A DNA stretch of 61,483 nucleotides, filler included, from Globobulimina sp. (GCA_003354225.1; 19 parts of 19 records of this genome joined end to end with filler, not necessarily neighbours in it), one strand, 5' to 3'. Shown: positions 19,969 to 31,991, counted from the first letter of the whole stretch. Numbers and translations are program-made. The notes: generated by a model not told the origin, from the sequence alone.

Positions 19969-21618
19969 ATGTGGTCGTCAAGAAGTCACAGTAGTGTATT
20001 TACGACACTATGTTTGCTCATCTATGCTTATTTGCTAAACACAGTCACATCAGACAGAAATAAAAATCGCAAGGATACACATCATAATGCTAAAATATCG
20101 TTAGATAACTTCCCAAATCCATCATCATCATCGCCATCACTATGTGGTCGTGGACATAAATCATTTATCTGCGATCCAAACAATTTTTTAAAACCAGAAA
20201 TAGCGGACGAAATCGACGAAATAATAATCAATGCAACCAAATCAAATTTAGTATGGTGCGAAACCATTGCAGAACATGACACTGCAGAAGGAGCACAGCC
20301 ATCATTTATTGCAAACCCAGAAGAAAAAACACGCGAAAATTATAATGGATTGCAAATTGGAGTCGCCATCATTTCCTCCTTCCAGCACCATCCACATAGC
20401 CGTTTGCGCCGAGACGACGACATTGCAAAAAAATCGAGCATTTATGCCAAATCTATCCATGATCCATGGGGAGTTGGTGAGGCTGGCTGCAACAACGCAG
20501 CCTTGATATTCATAAACATCTATGATCGATACTTATATGTGTCCACTGGCTCGGGCATCAAACGAATCATTGACGATGCCTTCATCGACAAATTCATCAT
20601 TCCAAAGTACGTCAAACCGTTAATGCGAGCATCCAAATATGGCGCTGCAGTAAAAATTATCGTCGAGAGTATGGTTCAAGTCTTGCGGCACAGCGATAAT
20701 TTGCAGGAAAATGCATTGTATAAAGAATACGTTGACTTTACTAAACCCGCTGCTCTGTTTGGCATAGAATACGAGACCTGGTTTATAGTCATATTGGTAC
20801 TGTCTGGCGTGGCTTTTTTAGGCCATAAGTTCCATTCAGAACGCGATTATCGAGAATGTGAGCGGAAATTAGCACAGTTATATGCACAGAAACAGGCGAA
20901 AAAGTTTGCAGCCAGCTCCTGTCCTATTTGCTTGGAGGAGTTTGCAGCGGCACCGGCTGAGGATACTGGCGACAGTCCGCAGGAGAAGGAAACCGCAGTA
21001 TTGATCTGCGGGCATAAGTTCTGTAAAAGTTGTTTGGATTCGTGGTTTGATTCGCAGTCTGCAGCGAATCAGAAATGCCCGATTTGCAGACATGACCGCG
21101 ATGATTGGTCGGCCGCTCGCAATGACGGCAATGACCAGAAGCAAAACGATGAGGTGGATGAAAAAAAGCAGGCTGATGAGGATTACGATGAACAGAGCTC
21201 GAGGGATGATTTTGGTCGCTCTGCGGCTAAAACATCGACATCGGATTCGTTTTATGATAATGAGGAGCATCTAAATTCGAATGCAAATGTGCAGAGTGGG
21301 AATGGTTTTGGGTTTCGGAGAAGAAGGAATCGTGGAATGGGAATGCATGATTGGATGTTTCGGCAAGAATTGATGTTTCGAATGGGAAGGATGAGATATT
21401 TCTATCCGCGGTATATAAGTCAGGATATGACCAATCGATGGAACCGCGCCGATTATTCGGGGAGTTTTACGAGCGACCAATCGTTTGTTAGATCGAATCC
21501 AAATTATCGAGCACCGGCATCACGCTCTGGATCGAGTTGGTCCTCTGGGAGGAGTTCTGGCTTTTCTTTTGGAGGAGGATCATCGCGCGGTGGTGGCGGT
21601 GGAGGTGGTGGTTGGTGA
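19969..21618 (+). CDS. Signal peptide + TPM (MOLO-1-like) domain + TM + RING finger + Gly-rich tail
   Basis: ICDPNNFL, QIGVAII, WGVGEAGCNNAALIFI..DRYLYVSTGSG; RING CPICLEEF...CGHKFCKSCL..W...CPICR; ends FGGGSSRGGGGGGGGW. Confidence 0.85.
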   Translation: MWSSRSHSSVFTTLCLLIYAYLLNTVTSDRNKNRKDTHHNAKISLDNFPNPSSSSPSLCGRGHKSFICDPNNFLKPEIADEIDEIIINATKSNLVWCETIAEHDTAEGAQPSFIANPEEKTRENYNGLQIGVAIISSFQHHPHSRLRRDDDIAKKSSIYAKSIHDPWGVGEAGCNNAALIFINIYDRYLYVSTGSGIKRIIDDAFIDKFIIPKYVKPLMRASKYGAAVKIIVESMVQVLRHSDNLQENALYKEYVDFTKPAALFGIEYETWFIVILVLSGVAFLGHKFHSERDYRECERKLAQLYAQKQAKKFAASSCPICLEEFAAAPAEDTGDSPQEKETAVLICGHKFCKSCLDSWFDSQSAANQKCPICRHDRDDWSAARNDGNDQKQNDEVDEKKQADEDYDEQSSRDDFGRSAAKTSTSDSFYDNEEHLNSNANVQSGNGFGFRRRRNRGMGMHDWMFRQELMFRMGRMRYFYPRYISQDMTNRWNRADYSGSFTSDQSFVRSNPNYRAPASRSGSSWSSGRSSGFSFGGGSSRGGGGGGGGW

Positions 21619-21815
21619 TATTTTGAAAGTTTATTTGTTTTTTTGTTGTTTTGATTAGGATGTATTTTGTAATCACGATTTTCAGACATTTAGCCTGGAG
21701 TTAGCTCGCTAAAACCTCTATTCGCTTCGACATTTAATATTTTTCTGATCGACAGTAAAAAAAGTATTCCTCTCCTTGCACTTAATAGCATTAAATAAGC
21801 TGACAAATTAACATA

Positions 21816-22596
21816 ATGTGTTTCGGTGGAGCTTTTATGTGGGTGATGCTAGGCGCTGTTTCAGTGTTTACTATTATCCGCATGTATGTTACAAAATGGA
21901 TAGAAAGATTATTTACTGCATTTGGAATGCAAGTATGGGACAATCCGCTAATACCCCTTGCCATTGGATGTATATTAACAATCATTGGTTCGTGTGGATG
22001 GTTATATCGTGACATGGAATTTGGAGAAATGGAACTGTGGCTTCCTACCGCCGATGGTTGTTATCAGCGTAAATCTTATGATTTCTTAACAGAATATTAC
22101 AGCGACGATTATATTTTAATCCCTTCTCAATCAAACTTTTTTTCATTTATTGTTGAAGCCACAGAAGAAGATGCAGAAAATGCAAATATTTTGCATTCCA
22201 GTCTATTATCGCAAGTATTTGAAATTGAACAACTTTTATCCAATTTTAGCTGGGACAACACGAGGTATTCGGATTACTGTTACTTAGGAACCGCAAAGCA
22301 ATGTTCCTCAGACGCGATGAATATTTTTCATGTATTCAATTATAATCAATCACTTGTTGAGGACCAACGCAGCGTAGAATATATATTGAAAGATCATAAT
22401 TATATCATCGATGAAGAATATCTCGTGTCGTTGGAGTATGGCGATTTTATGGAACTGTGGCTTGGTTCTGGAATATGGCAGTTGACAGATCATAACAATA
22501 TCGCTTTGAATCACAAAGAAACATATTCATTATCATATGGTACAAGTCTACACTTTGAATATTACCTTAGTGCGCAGTATGAAGGTGATGAAATGA
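21816..22596 (+). CDS. Patched/NPC1-related (RND) protein, N-terminal part (3'-partial)
   Basis: TM followed by ELWLPT, NIL..S.L...FEIEQ, YSDYCY...C luminal-loop pattern. Confidence 0.6.
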
Positions 22597-22853
22597 NNNN
22601 NNNNNNNNNNNNNNNNNNNNNNNNNNNNNNNNNNNNNNNNTTAATTAATTAANNNNNNNNNNNNNNNNNNNNNNNNNNNNNNNNNNNNNNNNNNNNTATG
22701 GTTTGAAATGGTTTAGAATTTAGTACTCTTAAATGTTGATGAAAGTTTTTAAAAAACATTTTCACTGTGCATTGTGCAAGGATACATATATAGAACGAAA
22801 GCACCATAAAAATACACGAAAGCATTGATATATATATAATTATAAACAAACAT

Positions 22854-23555
22854 TTATCCAACTTTGAATGCATGGCAATTAACAAGAACAATGATACCGC
22901 GGCCATTTCTCACCTTTAAATTCCATGAATAATCAGTGTTTGATTTTAATGTGTCACATTGTCTCGCGATTGCAGTCGATTTTAATATATTGACATCTAT
23001 ACAATATTTATAAACACCATCAGTCAAATATTTCTCCAATAAATCACCAGTGGCTTTTAATATGTTTTCCATCCAAACTTGAATTTTATTTCTATCCCAT
23101 TCAAATGTACCAATAATTTGCTTAATGTCGGCATTTAATAATGATTCAATTTGTTCCTCTTTTTTCATTTTAAGAAATTGCTCCTCTTTTAAGTTCTGTT
23201 GATGTGCAATTGCTTCTTTTTCATAGCCAGAGATATCTTTTATTTTATTCACTTTGTTTTGCTCTTTTTCAAATTTTTTGTATGCTGTCGCTTTATGCAT
23301 TTGCTCGTCGGTTATATTTGACACTTCGTTTAATTGTGATTCATATTTTTTGCCTTTAAATTTTTGATCCAATTGCTCTCTTTCAAATTTGCCAACATTT
23401 TGTTGTTGATATCCTCGGTTTTGTACATGAACTTGTTGTCGTTGCTCTGCGTCTTTCTTCCATTGATCCAATCTATTGGCCAACTTATCGCCTCTTCTCC
23501 CTCGTGCACGATTACGTTTTTGTTTACGTGTATTGCCTTGATTTGATTGCGCCAT
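22854..23555 (-). CDS. Tctex-1 (dynein light chain)-like domain with a charged N-terminal extension
   Basis: C-terminal IKQIIGTFEWDRNKIQVW...YKYCIDVNI...TDYSWNLKVRN...VLVNCHAF. Confidence 0.6.
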   Translation of the reverse strand: MAQSNQGNTRKQKRNRARGRRGDKLANRLDQWKKDAEQRQQVHVQNRGYQQQNVGKFEREQLDQKFKGKKYESQLNEVSNITDEQMHKATAYKKFEKEQNKVNKIKDISGYEKEAIAHQQNLKEEQFLKMKKEEQIESLLNADIKQIIGTFEWDRNKIQVWMENILKATGDLLEKYLTDGVYKYCIDVNILKSTAIARQCDTLKSNTDYSWNLKVRNGRGIIVLVNCHAFKVG

Positions 23556-23678
23556 CTCCAAATTCAAAAAAAGTTTTCAAAGTGAACTTTTTTTGCAAAT
23601 CCATAATTACGAAATTGCCAGTTTCGATCTCAGGATCGACGAAAGAACTTAAACTTAAACTTAAACTTATGTTTACAT

Positions 23679-25316
23679 TCAAATTTTTTGATATTTTAAT
23701 TGCTTAAATAATTGATTTGATATTTTAATACCTTTAATAATTGATTCTAATTTATCATCCATGACAATCATATCACTCATTTCTTTAACAATATCCTTTG
23801 ATTCCTTTCCTAATGATATGCCAAAATCGGATGCTTTCATTGCTGCGACGCAATCATTTGAACCATCGGCAGTCATACAAATAAATTTATTGTTACAAAC
23901 ATGCTTCATTTTCTTAATAATTTTCACTTTCTGTTTTCCAGATATTGATGAAAATATAATCCGTTTTTTTCTAAATATACTATTCCAATCCAACTCATTC
24001 ATAATATCATTGCCATGAATAATTATAAAATCATCCTCATTCTCCTGCAAATATCCACATTGTTTAGCAATTGATTGCATATTTTCTGTATTCTCACAAG
24101 AAATAATTATTATTTTAATGTCCATATTATCAAATTCTTGAATGCATTGACTCAAATCATTTACATTATTATTTGGGCCAAGAAGATTTTTATCAATGCA
24201 AATAATATCAATATCGCCCAATTTATAAATACACTCTCTTGTCTTTGCAAACATATTCACATTTCTTAGTGTTTGGATTATTGTTTTAGCTCTCAATCGC
24301 TTTAAAATACAAATTAAAGTCAATGATATTAATACAATAAGCAAACCAAACAAAAAACATAATATACCAACCATCGAGACTCCATTTTTTGAATTTAAAA
24401 GTAACATTAATATAAAACATATAATACTTAATAAACAAATGCTTACTGATATTATAAGTTTACACAAATCGGATAATATCGGATTTATTGGTGCTATATT
24501 TGACTTTGTCGCTAATTTTGCATTTTTTCCGATCAATGTATTATTACCAATTGCAACCACAATACCTTTACATTCACCATTTATACAAATACAGCCATTC
24601 CATAACATATTCATTACATTGTTATCATGAGATATTTTTTCATTTTTGTGTTTTATTTGATTTGCAATATCATTAATATTCAAACTCGATTCATCAATTT
24701 CTAAATGTTCACTGCATTCAATAACGCGAATATCCGCTTCAATGCACATTCCACTTTGAATAAATATGATATCGCCGGGAACCAAATTTATTGCATCAAT
24801 TATTTGTTTTGTATTATCCCTTAAAACTAACACATCTCTAATTTTTAATGAATTCATTGATTTTTGCATTTTTTGATTGGAAAATGTGATATAAAATGAT
24901 ATGATAATTAACAGTAATAATATTATACCAAATATTAATATAAATATATCACTACATCGTATGCCTGCAGTTATAGATAATATCATCGATATGATGATTA
25001 GCCATAATTTATAGTTTAAAAAATATAGTAATAACCAATTTTTGTATGTTGCTGGCATCAATTCATTCTTTCCATATGTTGCTTGTAAATTGGCTATTTT
25101 TGTTTCGTTTAAACCATTATCAATGTTTGAATTAAAGTGTTGTATAATATCCTTTATGTCCTTTGTATGCCAATCTGTTTTTGATGTTGTATTTGTAGTT
25201 TGGATGACCAGTGTTGGTGAAGTAAATCGCAACTCTGCAGCAGCAGCTATCACGTCCGATGATGAAAACCTTTGTTTAGGCTCCACGTAACTTCCTTCGC
25301 TTTCTTCTTCTGTCAT
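23679..25316 (-). CDS. Degenerate, shortened P-type ATPase-like protein (type II-like)
   Basis: Cation_ATPase_N (GL...YGKNEL), A-domain (VLRD...LVPGDII...ADIRVI...DESSL), ICIDKNLLG in place of ICSDKTGT, MTADGSND..AMKASDFGISLG, DMIVMDD; ORF ends before TM5. Confidence 0.8.
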   Translation of the reverse strand: MTEEESEGSYVEPKQRFSSSDVIAAAAELRFTSPTLVIQTTNTTSKTDWHTKDIKDIIQHFNSNIDNGLNETKIANLQATYGKNELMPATYKNWLLLYFLNYKLWLIIISMILSITAGIRCSDIFILIFGIILLLLIIISFYITFSNQKMQKSMNSLKIRDVLVLRDNTKQIIDAINLVPGDIIFIQSGMCIEADIRVIECSEHLEIDESSLNINDIANQIKHKNEKISHDNNVMNMLWNGCICINGECKGIVVAIGNNTLIGKNAKLATKSNIAPINPILSDLCKLIISVSICLLSIICFILMLLLNSKNGVSMVGILCFLFGLLIVLISLTLICILKRLRAKTIIQTLRNVNMFAKTRECIYKLGDIDIICIDKNLLGPNNNVNDLSQCIQEFDNMDIKIIIISCENTENMQSIAKQCGYLQENEDDFIIIHGNDIMNELDWNSIFRKKRIIFSSISGKQKVKIIKKMKHVCNNKFICMTADGSNDCVAAMKASDFGISLGKESKDIVKEMSDMIVMDDKLESIIKGIKISNQLFKQLKYQKI

Positions 25317-25393
25317 GTTTGTGCTTAGGCTCAGTTACTTTAAATGAGAAAAAAAAGTGTGAGTACTAACTGAGCATTGCATGTCTTCGTTTG

Positions 25394-25838
25394 ATGAACA
25401 AACTATGCAAATACAGTTCTCCTTTCATCTCCATCATACTCCACAAAGTATGTAATAAACACTTTAATATTTCCTGAAATTTCTGATGTATATAACAATT
25501 AACATCACCACCGGAAACACAGAATGGATGTTCAATTTCGAAATGCAAACAGTATTATACCACATGCCTATCAATAAAAGAAACACCGAAAGTAAAGCTA
25601 ACAAACTTCCGCGGCATAAAATTGATCAAAAATCTATATTCAAATCAACAAAACACAAATTTATCGGATTCCGACAAACAAAAAATTGTTGAAAACGCTA
25701 TTAATATTTATAACGACATCAATGAACCAAAAAACGGATTTTTGATAAATACATTTTTAAAACTTTGCTTGCATTGCAAGCACCACTTAACAGCTCTATT
25801 AATATGGACTGACGTGTTGATATTATTGAAACAAAACG
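25394..25838 (+). CDS. PPR-like protein, 3'-partial
   Basis: Intron 25448-25522; AINIYNDINEPKNGFLINTFLKLCLHCKHHLTALLIW is a PPR-like repeat. Confidence 0.55.
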
Positions 25839-25938
25839 NNNNNNNNNNNNNNNNNNNNNNNNNNNNNNNNNNNNNNNNNNNNTTAATTAATTAANNNNNN
25901 NNNNNNNNNNNNNNNNNNNNNNNNNNNNNNNNNNNNNN

Positions 25939-27047
25939 CCTAAATTATAATTGACAATAAATTCATTGCGATATCTGACTACAATATTTCTCTCATTTTG
26001 AGTGCCATCTAATGAGGATTTACTTTCATAAAATGGTATTGAACACGGAGGCACTTCGCCACATTTTTTATGTTCCTCCACACCATTAATTACAACATCG
26101 TTATCGTCGTCGACCACATCGAATACCGGCACTTCTTTTTCTTCCTCTTCTTCATCGACAGATTCTTCCTCGTCATCCTCATCTTCATTTGGATCAAAAT
26201 CTGGATCATTTTCGGAATCTGCATCGATATCATTTTCTGCTTCAATTTGTGCGTTATTATTACCGCCCAAAATCATCATTTCTTCATCAATCATACTTTG
26301 TGATTCTTCCATATTGCTATTTTCGTGCTCGTTTTCAATTTCTTCTTCCGATTCGGTGGTAGTATTATGATCCAATTTCGCTGATTTCATTAAATGTTCT
26401 ACAAAATTAATTCGTCCGCCAACAATGGTTTGCGCACAAAATGGACAATCGACTGGTTGATAAATACATAAATGTTTTTCATGCAAACTTCGATTGTCGT
26501 CCCATGGGAAAAATCGATGCGTACAACCATACTTTTTATGGATACATTCTTTTGACAATTCTAATAATTGACGCTCCAATGCGCGATTCCGCACAAAATT
26601 GCCTTTGATTTTACATATTGGACATTGCATTTCTTTTGTATGGCCATTACCAGATTTCATTCTTTTCATTTGCCATTGGCATTGACTGCATATGTTGTGG
26701 CATACTAATTTCTTATTTGTGTCAGATGTGGGAGTGGTGTGCCCGCGACATCTGTATATTTTGCATGTCATTGACGACAAACACACACAACATTCAACTT
26801 GATCTTTATCCAATGTTACTGATAATGTTACTGAACCATCACTTTGTCGCTGATATCCACTCGATCGCAATTTAATTACATTCAGATCTTCGTCCATTTC
26901 TGCTTCAATGTTATTAAGATGACTATGGGATGGATGCTGGTGTACGTTTCGGTTATTCATTGGTGCGTTGCTGTTGTTATTTGTATTTTGATTATCTCTC
27001 GAATTTCTGCGGAATATGCGGTTTATTCGTCGCAAGACGGCAGGCAT
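25939..27047 (-). CDS. SINA/SIAH-like RING E3 ligase, 3'-partial
   Basis: RING CCVC...IYRC...HNICSQC...CPIC, RNRALE, SIAH-type zinc finger C.HKKYGC...HEKHLC.YQPVDCPFC. Confidence 0.8.
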
Positions 27048-27610
27048 CACCGTTGGAATACTCTCTTGTGAATGTTCTCTAATTTTGAATAAAATTGGTT
27101 TTCAATAAAGTAATATGCTTTTTATTATGGTTTACGTATTGAATTATGACGTCATGCAATCATCATTAATTTGCGAATTATGATAATATTCATAATATCG
27201 ACCTGGAGCAATTATAAAATATAGTATGCTTAAATTGATGATAGATTTTACTTTAGTTGGGAAGGAACATAGGTTGGATCGACATATAATGTTAAAAACG
27301 ATCATTTTCCAACAATATAATTTCTCCCACGCATGCTTTCCATCGCCATGTTTAACATATTTCCCACAATTCATGCTTTGGAAACACTTTATCAAAATAT
27401 CTCCCTAAACGTATCGGATGCACTAAGTCGGGATCCATATAATGATAATTCTTTTACAAACTATACCATTTATATAATTCATTACGTTTTTGCTCACTAT
27501 TCATTGGCATTGTGGATGAAATATTCTTTTTGATTGAAGCAGTTCAGCGATTTTGCGTTTTAAAAAATCCAAAATTTAAAAAACTTCATTGGTTGCCAAT
27601 CCAAAATATC

Positions 27611-28652
27611 ATGCAAGACTCAAACAGTGATTCCGGACAGGAAGCAACGATGAAAGATCACACAGGAAATCCTGCGCCTGATGCTTCCGCAGAAGATGTG
27701 CTAATGATAATACAAAAATACATTGAACGTTTACCGGCCGAATCATACATTATTTATGGTACAATGGTCGGAATTATATTATTGCTTGGGATATTATTAA
27801 CATTTAAAGGAAAAAAATATTTCAAATATTTAATCGCAATTGTTTCATTTGTTGTTGCTGTATGTATAACTTTGTATTTTTTTATAATTTATCAAAAGTT
27901 ACGTGTTACATTACATTTATTTGCACGCACCGTTTTTGTGAATTAATAATGAAAAATTCTGACAATTAATAATAATAATTATAATTATAAACAGTACAAG
28001 CAGTGATCCAACAGACAGTGATCCAGCAAACCAGTATTTGTGGCTATTAGGTCCATTTTGTTTTGTGTGTGGTTTAGTAGTTGCAATGTTAGTCTTTTGT
28101 CTTCACAAAGTGGCTTTATTTGCAACTGGTGTTATTGGTGGAGGAGTATTTGGGAGATTATTATTTAATGTCTTTAAATCTCAGGTTGAGTCAGGTCAAA
28201 TACAATTTGAGAAGGATTGGTGGATAGAATATAATGAAATAGTTAACATTGCAGTAATTGCAGTCTTTGCTGTAATATTTGGTGTATTGACAATAAAAAT
28301 GTATAATGCAGCACTTAGAATATTGACCCCATTTATTGGTTCCTTTATGATTGTAAGTTCTGTTGCGTATTATATCGAAAAGGCAACAACACAGCAAATC
28401 TTTATGTCATTAGCAACATTTTTCCAACAAGTAAGAGATATTAATGATGGCTCTGATGTCGATGATATTTTAAGTCGTCCATATACATTGGGTTCAGTAA
28501 TTGCATGGCTTGCAATATTTCTTATTGGAGTATTTGTTCAATGTGGATGTGGAAAAGGAGAGGAAGGAGAAGAAGATGCTGTTATAAAGCAAATATTTTA
28601 TGATGGTCACCGAAAAGAAACTGCAATGTATCGAAATGGAGATATAAATTAA
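27611..28652 (+). CDS. TMEM198/DUF4203-like multi-pass membrane protein
   Basis: GILLTFKGKKYFK; predicted intron 27874-27994; ILTPFIGSFMIV; IGVFVQ. Confidence 0.7.
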
Positions 28653-28863
28653 ATTAATTGTATGTTTAAATATAATATGAATGCACGATGTGTGTTGATT
28701 TCATTCTAATTTTATAATTTTATATTAATTTGTCAAACAATAAAAAATGTTGCGCTGTGCTGACCGATTTGTTCTTGTTACTAAATTTTCCAACTTCAAA
28801 TAAATATTTTTTTGTCACCAATCAAATTAAAATTCCATTGCAATTAAATTTAATAATAATAAT

Positions 28864-29079
28864 ATGGAAAGCAAAAAAAAGAGAAAGTGTACAGTATCAT
28901 GGTTGGCAGACATTAAAACATAAAAACGAAGAAATATTTGCGTTGGAAGCAACTTTAAGAAATTATGAGAATCTAATAAATAAATTAAAATCAAAAAATA
29001 AATTGCGGTTAAATAATACAGAGAGTGTATTTAACAACCAATCAACTGGAAAAAGTGGGAAATTACATGCAAAGCGTAC
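28864..29079 (+). CDS. Possible 3'-partial coiled-coil protein; needs a +1 shift near the A8 run
   Basis: ATG GAA AGC A8, then a coding-like +1 frame RESVQYHGWQTLKHKNEEIFALEATL. Confidence 0.3.
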
Positions 29080-29297
29080 NNNNNNNNNNNNNNNNNNNNN
29101 NNNNNNNNNNNNNNNNNNNNNNNTTAATTAATTAANNNNNNNNNNNNNNNNNNNNNNNNNNNNNNNNNNNNNNNNNNNNTCCAACACCTCTTCATCCAGA
29201 TTTACCAACATAGTTACAACATTAATAATATATATACATGCATTTTCCAAAAATTTCTGACGTACGTAACAATACATGTAAATAGCCTGAACTCGGC

Positions 29298-30971
29298 ATG
29301 TCGCGAGGATCAAAAGATGATGATATAAATAGGGAAACAGCCATAGAAAGAGAATTATTAAATTTAGAACGCGATGACAAAATAGAAATCGACAAAGATC
29401 CGCGGACCGAAGCAGACTTCCCAGAGATACGTGTTATGGGTCCAAGGTCAAAAAACACAAAATATAAATCAAAAACACAAAACACAACATCCAATAAACC
29501 GGTTTACAATCGGGCAGGTATTGAGAAGCCGCATGCGTACTGGGGTTGGAGTCCACAAAATGATCGAACTGCGCAACAATACAATTGGAAGGATAATAAT
29601 CGAGCCAATAAAGATATCCCTGATTCAGAAAAACAAACATGGCCAAATGCATTAACATTGTTAAACGACGCATCCTCGAGCTCTCGCAATAAATATTACA
29701 ATCCGAATGATCTAACTACATTCGAATCGTACAGTGAATCGTCGCGCAGTGCCACCTATAAATGCGCACTTAATGTGGGCGTCCATTGGGGCAAAGAAAA
29801 GTCACTGTGGCATCCCTCAATGGGCCCATATTTGAAAGGTGTGGTAGATGGACGGCACATATTTGATTTAACATTGACCATCAGCAATTTACGAAAAATT
29901 ATACGTTTATTACAATCAATGATTATGGATGAATGTAACATATTATTTGTGTGCAATGCGAAAGACATTGAGATGAGGACATTGGCGCGCATTATGTGCA
30001 CGCGATGTAATATGCCATTGTTGGACGATAAATGGTCCGCGGGGGCTCTCACGAATTGGAACCATATGGCTCAACATTACCGCGGTCCCGGCAGGGAATT
30101 ATTAGATGGCAAGAAACCTAAGTTTAGTATATGGAGAAAAAGCAAGTTGCATCGTTTGATTCGGGAGCCACCAGATTTTATATTTTTATTTAATCGAAGT
30201 GATGACAGTAATGATATATTGGTCCATGAAGCAAATCGAATGCAAATCCCAGTGGCGAGTCTATGCGATTCAGATGACTCAACGCGAGATTTACAATATG
30301 TGATACCATGCAACACACAGTCCATACAATCTGTGCATTTCATATTGGATATGATCAGTAGAGGCATTTTGGAGGCACAAGCAAAAATGGATAGTATTTG
30401 GTGGAGCAAACAAAAAGATTTGGAAATTGATAGGAATGCTTTGTATGACGCTGAAATTGAGTGGCAATATAAATATGATCCATATCAACAACAAAGACAT
30501 TCGCACAGAATGATGGCTGGCGACCAGGAGGATGAGTTAGATATCGCTACAAGTTATATCAAGGAGGATGAGGATGTTTTGGAGACATTTGAGTCTGGGA
30601 CGGTGCAACAGCCGCTTATACTTGCAAAGTATGGTAATGTTCATGCCGACAATAATTATAATTTAAAAAAAGAGCATGGTGCCGGCGCCAATGTGTCTGA
30701 CTTTGGGGCCACTGATGCGGCCGAACAATCCAGACAAGACAAATTAAAAACTGTATTGGATAATAGATCAAGTGAATATGAGCGGAGATTCAAAGAAAAC
30801 CAAGAGAAAGAAAACCCAAATGAAGCATACGTAAAAAAATTTGAATTACACAAAACCTTTCAAACTACGAGTGATTTTGCTATGTCAATGTTACAGGATC
30901 ATGTGACAAATCAAGTTAAATATAGACAGAGACTGACATCAATGACATCTAGTAAAAAAAGGGATGATTGA
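29298..30971 (+). CDS. MRPS2: Nucleus-encoded mitochondrial ribosomal protein uS2 with long N- and C-terminal extensions (start may lie upstream)
   Basis: GVHWG...WHPSMGPYL...HIFDL, ILFV, WSAGALTNW, PD, HEANRMQIPVASLCDSD, YVIPCN..S. Confidence 0.85.
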   Translation: MSRGSKDDDINRETAIERELLNLERDDKIEIDKDPRTEADFPEIRVMGPRSKNTKYKSKTQNTTSNKPVYNRAGIEKPHAYWGWSPQNDRTAQQYNWKDNNRANKDIPDSEKQTWPNALTLLNDASSSSRNKYYNPNDLTTFESYSESSRSATYKCALNVGVHWGKEKSLWHPSMGPYLKGVVDGRHIFDLTLTISNLRKIIRLLQSMIMDECNILFVCNAKDIEMRTLARIMCTRCNMPLLDDKWSAGALTNWNHMAQHYRGPGRELLDGKKPKFSIWRKSKLHRLIREPPDFIFLFNRSDDSNDILVHEANRMQIPVASLCDSDDSTRDLQYVIPCNTQSIQSVHFILDMISRGILEAQAKMDSIWWSKQKDLEIDRNALYDAEIEWQYKYDPYQQQRHSHRMMAGDQEDELDIATSYIKEDEDVLETFESGTVQQPLILAKYGNVHADNNYNLKKEHGAGANVSDFGATDAAEQSRQDKLKTVLDNRSSEYERRFKENQEKENPNEAYVKKFELHKTFQTTSDFAMSMLQDHVTNQVKYRQRLTSMTSSKKRDD

Positions 30972-31047
30972 ATTGCTAATTATCATTTGTGTTTGTAGTC
31001 AAGTACTTTAGATTTGAAAGTTTGACGACTTCTCTCCAAAAACCAAT

Positions 31048-31991
31048 ATGCTAAACATGGTGAATATGATCCCTTTGAACAATCAATTTCAATTCGTGGT
31101 TGTTACATTGCCGATAAATCCAACGACGTTAACAACAAATCACATTAATCCAATTCAGTTCTTTCCAAATTGCACTCAAATGCAACCACTGCAATTAATA
31201 TCATCAATTCAACAAATTCAGAGTATCAATACCAATCGAAGTAGTTTAGAGTTTATCTGTATTTGTAAACATGATCACTTTATTTATCTGTTTTACTGTT
31301 TTTCTCTTTCTGTCAGAACAATTTACTTTCAATAATAAAAATATACAAACTATACCAAGTATGAGAGATATCTTAAATTGCAGAAATAGCAATCAATTGC
31401 GAGTTGATCATACTATTAATGCACATGAACCAAATCAACAATCAATGTCAAATATTCATTGTCATCACAGTAATCATATTAAAAAATTCGTTTGTAATTC
31501 ATCTCAAAGAGAAATATGTTCACAAAGGATTGGAACAAAACAATCAAAGCAATCGAAAAAATCGGCATTTGAATGTCCAATTTGTCATAAACATTTTACA
31601 AGGAAATCAAATTTGAAACAACATTTAAAAATTCATTCAAATACTTGTGATTTTATATGTCCAGTTTGTTGTCGCGGATTTAAACAAAAACATTCCATGA
31701 TTGATCATATACGGACACATACTGGCGAGCGACCATTTGCTTGTCAATATTGCCCAAAAGCGTTTAAAGTGAAACATAATTTAAGTACTCATACAAGGCT
31801 TCATAGTTAATTATAAGCAGATTACTCGATATATAATATAATATTTAATTTAATTTAATTTAATTTAATTATGTTGTTGATTTAATACAGCTGGAGAACG
31901 ACCATATGTTTGCACAATGTGTACAAAGCGATTTGTCTCGAAAAGCAGTTTAAATGCTCATTCAAAGAGTAAACATTCCAAAGCAAAATGA
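31048..31991 (+). CDS. C2H2 zinc-finger transcription factor (4 fingers)
   Basis: Introns about 31241-31316 and 31806-31890; fingers linked by HTGERP. Confidence 0.88.

Noticed and set aside
31843-31871. (TTTAA)n run, and (AAACTT)n at about 23647-23669
   Set aside because: Ordinary AT-rich microsatellites in an intron and an intergenic spacer.
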